A program made the translations under genes and the position numbers. The notes beneath the pieces were generated by a model. It was not told the DNA's origin and ran no database searches. It saw only the letters and a list, made by a program, of their open reading frames with translations. Below, piece by piece: positions 58,190 to 64,000 of a DNA stretch of 64,000 bases (the stretch's first letter is position 1; each line of letters begins with the position of its first letter). Source of the DNA: Mustelus asterias (Eukaryota); assembly GCF_964213995.1 (NCBI RefSeq), contig NC_135817.1, positions 64,914,001 through 64,978,000 of the forward strand, given 5' to 3'.

Positions 58190-60835
58190 GAACTTTCAAC
58201 TCCTTTATTCAAAAAGAGACACAAAAACAGGTAACTATGGCCAGTTAGCTTATCTATCATTGGGAAAATGTTAAGTGTCCATGATAAAGGATGCAATAGC
58301 AGAGCATTTATAAAGGCATAATAAATCAAGCCTGACAAATTTATTAGAAGTCTTTGAGGTGGTAACATGCAGGATAGATAAAGGGCAACCAATCGATGTA
58401 ATGTACTCGGATTTCCAAAAAGCACCTGGTCAGGTGCCGCACAAAAGACTACATTATAAGAGCCCATCATGTTGGGGGTAGTATATTAGCATAGAAAGGG
58501 GATTAGCTAACTAACTAAGAAAACAGTGAGTTGGAATAGGAGGGGCGTTTTCAGAAAGGCAACCTGTAACTAGTGGTGTACCACAGGTATCAGTGCTGGG
58601 GACCACAATTATTTACAACATACAATGACTAAGTCGAGGGAAGTGAACTATACTATTGTCAAGTTTGTGGCTGACACAAAAATAGGTGGGAAGGCAAGTG
58701 ATGAGGATGACACTCTAGAGAGGGTATAGACAGGTTGAGCGGACAAAAACTTGGCAGATGGAATATAATATTAGAAAATGTAAAGCTGTTCGCTTTGGTA
58801 GGAGGAATAAGGGGGCTGAATATTATTTAAATATAGAAAGACTGCAGAAACTTGCAGAGGGATTTGGGGACTCTTGCGCATAAATCACAAGCAGCTAGTA
58901 TGCATGTTCAGCAGGTAACAGGGGTAGCAAATGGAATGTTAGCCTTTATTTTAAAGGGAATGGAGTATAAAAGCAGGGAAGTCTTGGAAAACTGAACAGG
59001 TTTGGTCCCCTTATTTAAGGAAAAATATACTGGCTTTGGAGGCAGTCCAGAGAAAGTTCACTAGGTTGATCTCAGGTATGGAGGGCTTTTCTTTTGAGTA
59101 CAGGTTAAGGAGGTTCGGCCTGTACTCATCAGCGTTTTGAAGAATGAGGCGCAACTTTATTGAGACATGTAGGATTCTCAGGGTTCTTGACAGGGTAGAT
59201 GCTGAAAATTTGTTTCCCTTTGTGGGAGAGTCTAGGACCAGAGGGTATAATCTCAGAATAAGAGATCATCCATTTAAGACAGAGAATGAAAATAAATTTC
59301 TTCTCAGAGTGTAGTGAATCTGTGGAATTTGATTTGTTTTATTGTCACATTTTTAGTACACAATGAAAATAACTTATTGCATGCTATACAAAGTATACCG
59401 TACATAGAGAAGGAAAGGAGAGGGTGTAGAATGCAGTGTTACAGTCATAGCTAGGATGTAGAGAAACATCAACTTAATAGGAGGTAGGTCCATTCAAAAG
59501 TCTGATGGCAGCAGGGAAGAAGCTGTTCTTGAATGGGTTGGTACGTGAACTCAGACTTTTGTATCATTTTCCCGATGGAAGGAGGTGTGTTCAGGGTGTG
59601 TGAGGTCCTTGATTATGCTGGCTGCTCGAGGCACTGGGAAGTGTAGACAGAGTCAATGGATGGGAGGCTGGTTTGCGTGATGAACTGGGTTTCATTCATG
59701 ACCCTTTGTAGTTTCTTGCGGTCTTGGACAGAACAGGAGCCAGACCAAGCTGTGATACAACCAGAAAGAATGCATTCTATGGTGGACCTGTAAAATTGGT
59801 GAGTCGTAGCTGACATGCCAAATTTCCTTAGCCTCCTGAGAATGTAGCGGCGTCGGTGGGCTTTCTTAACTATAGCGTCTACATAGAGGGACCAGGATAG
59901 ATTGTTGGTGATCTGGACACCTAGAAACTTGAAGCTCTCGACTATTTCTACTTCATCCCCATCGATGTAGACAGGGGCACATCCTCCACTGCTTTCTGAA
60001 GTCGATGACTAGCTCCTTCATTTTGTTGACATTGAAGAAGAGATTATTGTTGTCGCAACAGTTCACCAGGTTCTCTTTCTTTCCTGTACTCCGTCTCATC
60101 ATTGTCTGAGAGGCGACCCAGTACAGTGACGTCATCAGCAAACTTGAAATTCAAGTTGGTGGGTATTTGGTCTCACAGTCATAGGAGTATAAGGACCAAG
60201 TATAATGAAGGATGAAGGACACAGCTTTGTGGGACACCGGTGCCTATCCTTACTGATTGCGGTCTAAGAGTTAGGAAGTCTAGCATCCAGTTGCAGATGG
60301 AGAAGCTGAGCCCCAGGCCACAGAGTTTGGAGATGAGTTTTGTAGGAATAATGGTGTTGAAGGCTGAGCTGTAGTCAATAAACAGGAGTCTGACATAGGT
60401 GTCTTTGTTATCTAGGTGTTCCGGGTTTGAGTGTAGAGCCAGGGAGATGCCATCTGCTGTGGTGGACCTGTCGCGGCGACAGGGGAACTGTAGTGGATTT
60501 AGGCAATCTGGAAGGCTGGAACTGATTCGTGCCATGACTAACGTTTCGAAGCACTTGATACTGATGATGTCAGAGCCACCAAATGAGTCATTAAGGCTGA
60601 CTTTTCTTTGGTAGCGGAATGATGGTCATCTTCTTGAAGTAGATAGGGGCCTCAGATTAGTGTAAAGAGATATTAAGGATATCTTCTCTACCAGAGGGCT
60701 GTGGAGGGTAGGTCGCTGGGTATGTTAAAGGGTGAAGGAATCAAGGGTTATGGGGAAAAGGCAGGAAAGTGGAGTTGAGGATTATCATTACAGATCAATC
60801 ATGGTCTCACTGAATGGCGGAGCAGACTTGATAAG
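58190..60835 (+). mobile_element. CR1 LINE, degenerate RT and 3' end, interrupted by Rex1 (59329-60680)
   Basis: ggtgtaccacaggtatcagtgctgggg, aagtttgtggctgacacaaa; gaatctgtggaatt at 59328 continues as tctctaccagagggctgtggag near 60685. Confidence 0.8.
59329..60680 (-). mobile_element. Rex1/Babar LINE, 5'-truncated and degenerate
   Basis: LNPLQF...[28 protein letters not shown] and FYRSTIECILSGCITAW; 3' end tgtgacaataaaacaaatcaaa. Confidence 0.88.
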
Positions 60836-61647
60836 AATAGAAATAGGCCATTCGGCCTATGTCTCATGGTGATTATCTCACTTCAATCAGCTACCTCTTA
60901 ACTTAAAAAACTTAATCCCTGCCTGTGCTATGAAAAGAAACAATGCAAAACCAATTACTAACATGAAAGTTGTACTGGCAACAGTAACCAGACAATTCAG
61001 ACGTCTCCTAATCACCTTTTAGGGCTAGCATCAGAAATTCCCTTTGAAGCTGTTTCAGAAATCAGCAGACTGATTTCCTGATAAAACTGAAGACTCGGGC
61101 TAGATAGCCTCTTTGTGGCTCAACATCTATTAGATGAGATATCTTAATTTACACAGAGCATTTGAGCTGGGGAAAGCTGTGGAGCACATTCTCGTTCTTC
61201 ACTGTATTCTTGCTTCAGTGAACCTTCAAATAATTTATCTTCAGGTCCAAAACTATGCAACCGGAAGCACTGGCTGACATGAAGTTGTCCTTCTGTTTCT
61301 TATTAACAAGTACATCTTCCGTTGTATTTGCTAATTGTGGTTGGCAGCACATTGCTCAGTGAACAGGATCCCAAAACATAGCAGTTGCAATTTGCGTCTT
61401 GTAGCAAACAAAATATTTTATACATTTTCTGGAAAGTAGCATTTTCAATATGATTATGGAAGGGAACTAACAAGAGTATCATCACAATATACCGGCTTTA
61501 ATTATGCAGCTTTAATGACAGCAAAACCCGTTATTTTTTGCTGTCATTACAATCATGAAACATAGAAAATAGGCCCCATGAGCCTGCTCTGCCATTCATT
61601 ATGATCATAGCTGATCTTCCAACTCAATAACCTGATCCCGCTTTGCC

Positions 61648-61997
61648 CCCTCCCCAATATTTCAAATAAAGATGGCGCCAGAGCTAGGCAACTTCCTGCG
61701 AGCTGTCCGCAGCACACCCTCTAGCTTCATCTTTTACTTCTGTTCTGTGCTTTTAAAACTGAACTCTAACTCTCCTAAACTTTCTAATTATGCCCTTTTG
61801 AAGACTCTTCATCAGACTTTTGAATGGTCCTATCATACATCAAGCTGATCTTTCTCCTCACTCTACCTATAACTGCAACTCTATATTCTGCACCCTATCC
61901 TTTCCTCCTCCCCTATGTACTTTTTGCCTGTTTAGTGCGCAAGAAACAATACTTTTCACTGCATCCCAGTACACGTAACACGAATAAATTAAATATC
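61648..61997 (+). mobile_element. Short internally deleted Rex1-like element inside a minus-strand CR1 fragment (about 61555-62292)
   Basis: 5' aagatggcgcc start and a Rex1-type 3' end cttttcactgcatcccagtacacgtaacacgaataaatt. Confidence 0.55.
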
Positions 61998-62679
61998 ATT
62001 TTCACCCCATGACCTATATCTACGTCCTTCTTGAAAACATACAATATTTTGGCCTCAACTGCTTTCTGTGGTAGCGAATTCCACAGACTCATTACTCTGG
62101 CTGAAGAAATCTCTCCTCATCTCAATCCCAAAAGATTTACCCCATATCTTTAGACTATGACCATTGATTCTGGATACCCCCACTATTGGGAACGTCCTTC
62201 CTGCATCTGCTCTGTCTAGTCCGGTTAGAATTTTATAGGTTTCTATGAGATCTCCCCTCATTTTTATGAACTCCAGTGAATATAATCCTAATTCAGGTTC
62301 TCAAACAGCAAGTTTATATGTCACTATGACAAAGAATTGATACGTCACCAAAGACAGAAAAGAACGAAGTAAAAAGAAATAATGCAACCAGATCACAACT
62401 CCTACTCACCTCCACATAGACAATGAAAAACAGCACAGAGGTTGAGCAAACAACAGTCCTCACTATCAGACATGATACGTGCCAAAGCAATTGCTTGGGG
62501 ATGTATGTTAAACACTAGTACCAAAAAGACCTGTGCAAATTTAACTGACCAACAGATCACTGAATACACTCCAACACAGGTTCACGGACTGCTTTTGTGA
62601 AATCAATCCACAAAATTATGCTCAACACATACAATAAAATGGCTGCATTTGTCGATAGCAGTTTTAATAAGATCATAAG

Positions 62680-63070
62680 AAATCCCTCAATTCAGCCCCT
62701 TGTGCCTGTTCTGACATTCATAAAGATCAGGGCCTTAAGTCTGCTTCTTTGTGAATCAAAAATCCATCTAACTCAGCCTTGAATATATTCAATACTCAGC
62801 CTCCATTGTGCTCTGGAAAAGAGAATTCCAACGATTCACAAACCCCAGAGAGGAAATTCCTCCTCATCACTGTCTAAACAGGAGATCCCTTATTTTTAAA
62901 CTATGCTCCTATTTCTAGATTAACCCATGAAGGGAACATTCTCTCAGCATCTCCTCTGTAAAGCCCCCTTCGAATCTTATACATTTCCATAAGATTACCT
63001 CCCATTCTTTGAAACTGCAATGAATATAGCCCCAACCTGCACAAGGCAATCCCTTCATCTCAGGAATCAG
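62680..63070 (-). mobile_element. CR1 LINE 3' fragment
   Basis: gaatatattcaat...gaggaaattcctcctcatc...aatcccttcatctcaggaatcag is the reverse complement of the CR1 ORF2 end. Confidence 0.75.
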
Positions 63071-63074
63071 CTGT

Positions 63075-64000
63075 GCTCCTGCTCCCAGCTTACAAACAAA
63101 AACTGAAACAGGAGAATCCGTCGGAAAGTCAGACAATGTTGGTCTGAGGAATCGAATTATCTCCTACGGGATTGCTTGGAGTCAGTGGACTGGTCAATAT
63201 TTTAAAAGTATTTAAGAACTTTCATTAGTGTGTAGAAGACTGTGCCAAAGAAGCAAATCCACGTATTTCGCAACCGGAAACCATGGATGAGCAGGGATAT
63301 CCACTGCCTGCTGAAGTCTAGGTCTGAGGCGTCCAAGTCAGGTGACCCTGACCTATACAAGAAAGCCAGACATGATCTACAAAGATCCATCAAAAATGCC
63401 AAAAGACAGTACCAGACCAAGCTAGAATCCCAGGCTAGCCTCACGGACTTCCGCCGACTATGGCAAGGTTTGCAAGACATAACAGGCTACAAGACGAAGG
63501 TAGGTAATATCTCTGGCTCCAATACACCCCTTCCCGATGTGCTCAATGCATTCTAGACCCGTTTTGAGCAAGAGGTCAGCAAGAGCATGCCCTAAATCCC
63601 AGAAGCCTCGGATGAACCTGTATCCGAGGTCACCATTGCCGACATCAGAGCAGCCTTCTCAAATGTCAACCCATGGAAAGCAACTAGCCCAGAAGGGGTA
63701 CCCAGATGAGCACTCAGGTCCTGCACGGACCAGCTGGGGGGGGTATTCACAGACATCTTCAACCTCTCTTTATACCAATCTGAGGTCCCTACCTGCTTCA
63801 AGAAGATGACCATCATCCCGGTAGCAAAGAAAAGCCAGGCAGTGTACCTTAATGACTATCATCCAGTGGCTCTGACAGCCATCATTATTAAGTGCTTTGA
63901 AAGGTTAGTCATGGTACAAATCAATTCCTGCCTCCCAGGTGGCCTGGATCCACTACAGTTCACCCATCACTGCAACAGGTCCACAGCAGACTCCAACTCC
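63075..64000 (+). mobile_element. Rex1/Babar LINE ORF fragment with in-frame stops, running off the window
   Basis: NRKPWMSRDIHCLLKSR..A.KSGD..LYKKARHDL..IKNAKRQY; [30 protein letters not shown]. Confidence 0.88.

Noticed and set aside
62300-62500. Minus-strand donor GAG|gtgagt near 62409 as the missing upstream ZNF654 exon
   Set aside because: The required frame has a nearby stop and no similarity to the ZNF654 N-terminus.
1-64000. CRISPR arrays, rRNA, operons, and the many 60-150 aa ORFs in the track
   Set aside because: The sequence is eukaryotic with no regularly spaced repeat-spacer array; the short ORFs map to SINE/LINE text, antisense frames or chance.

Overview
Eukaryotic, repeat-dense vertebrate DNA, most likely from a shark (inferred from the HE1/V-SINE-type SINEs and the CR1, Rex1 and Penelope repertoire). 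Two spliced genes lie tail-to-tail, each missing its 5' end from the window. On + are the last 7 coding exons (4101-19390) of an uncharacterised DEP + DUF547 protein with a CGVLSCPP motif. On - are six coding exons of ZNF654 (50168 down to 39872), followed by an inferred non-coding terminal exon of about 5.2 kb. Introns and the intergenic region are filled with often nested CR1, Rex1, RTE and L1 fragments, tRNA-derived SINEs, GGG-terminated MITE-like elements and solo LTRs. The most notable signals are: (1) short Penelope-type insertions, several TSD-flanked, that carry minimal type-I hammerhead ribozymes with covarying stem I, two of them intact and sense-oriented in the last ZNF654 intron; (2) a ZNF654 stop codon 1 nt before a splice donor, with a nearby intronic poly(A) signal, so two very different 3'UTRs could serve one protein; (3) one SINE body with two alternative LINE-like tails; (4) a four-level nested insertion. 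Exon boundaries were read base by base; repeat boundaries without a stated TSD are approximate.
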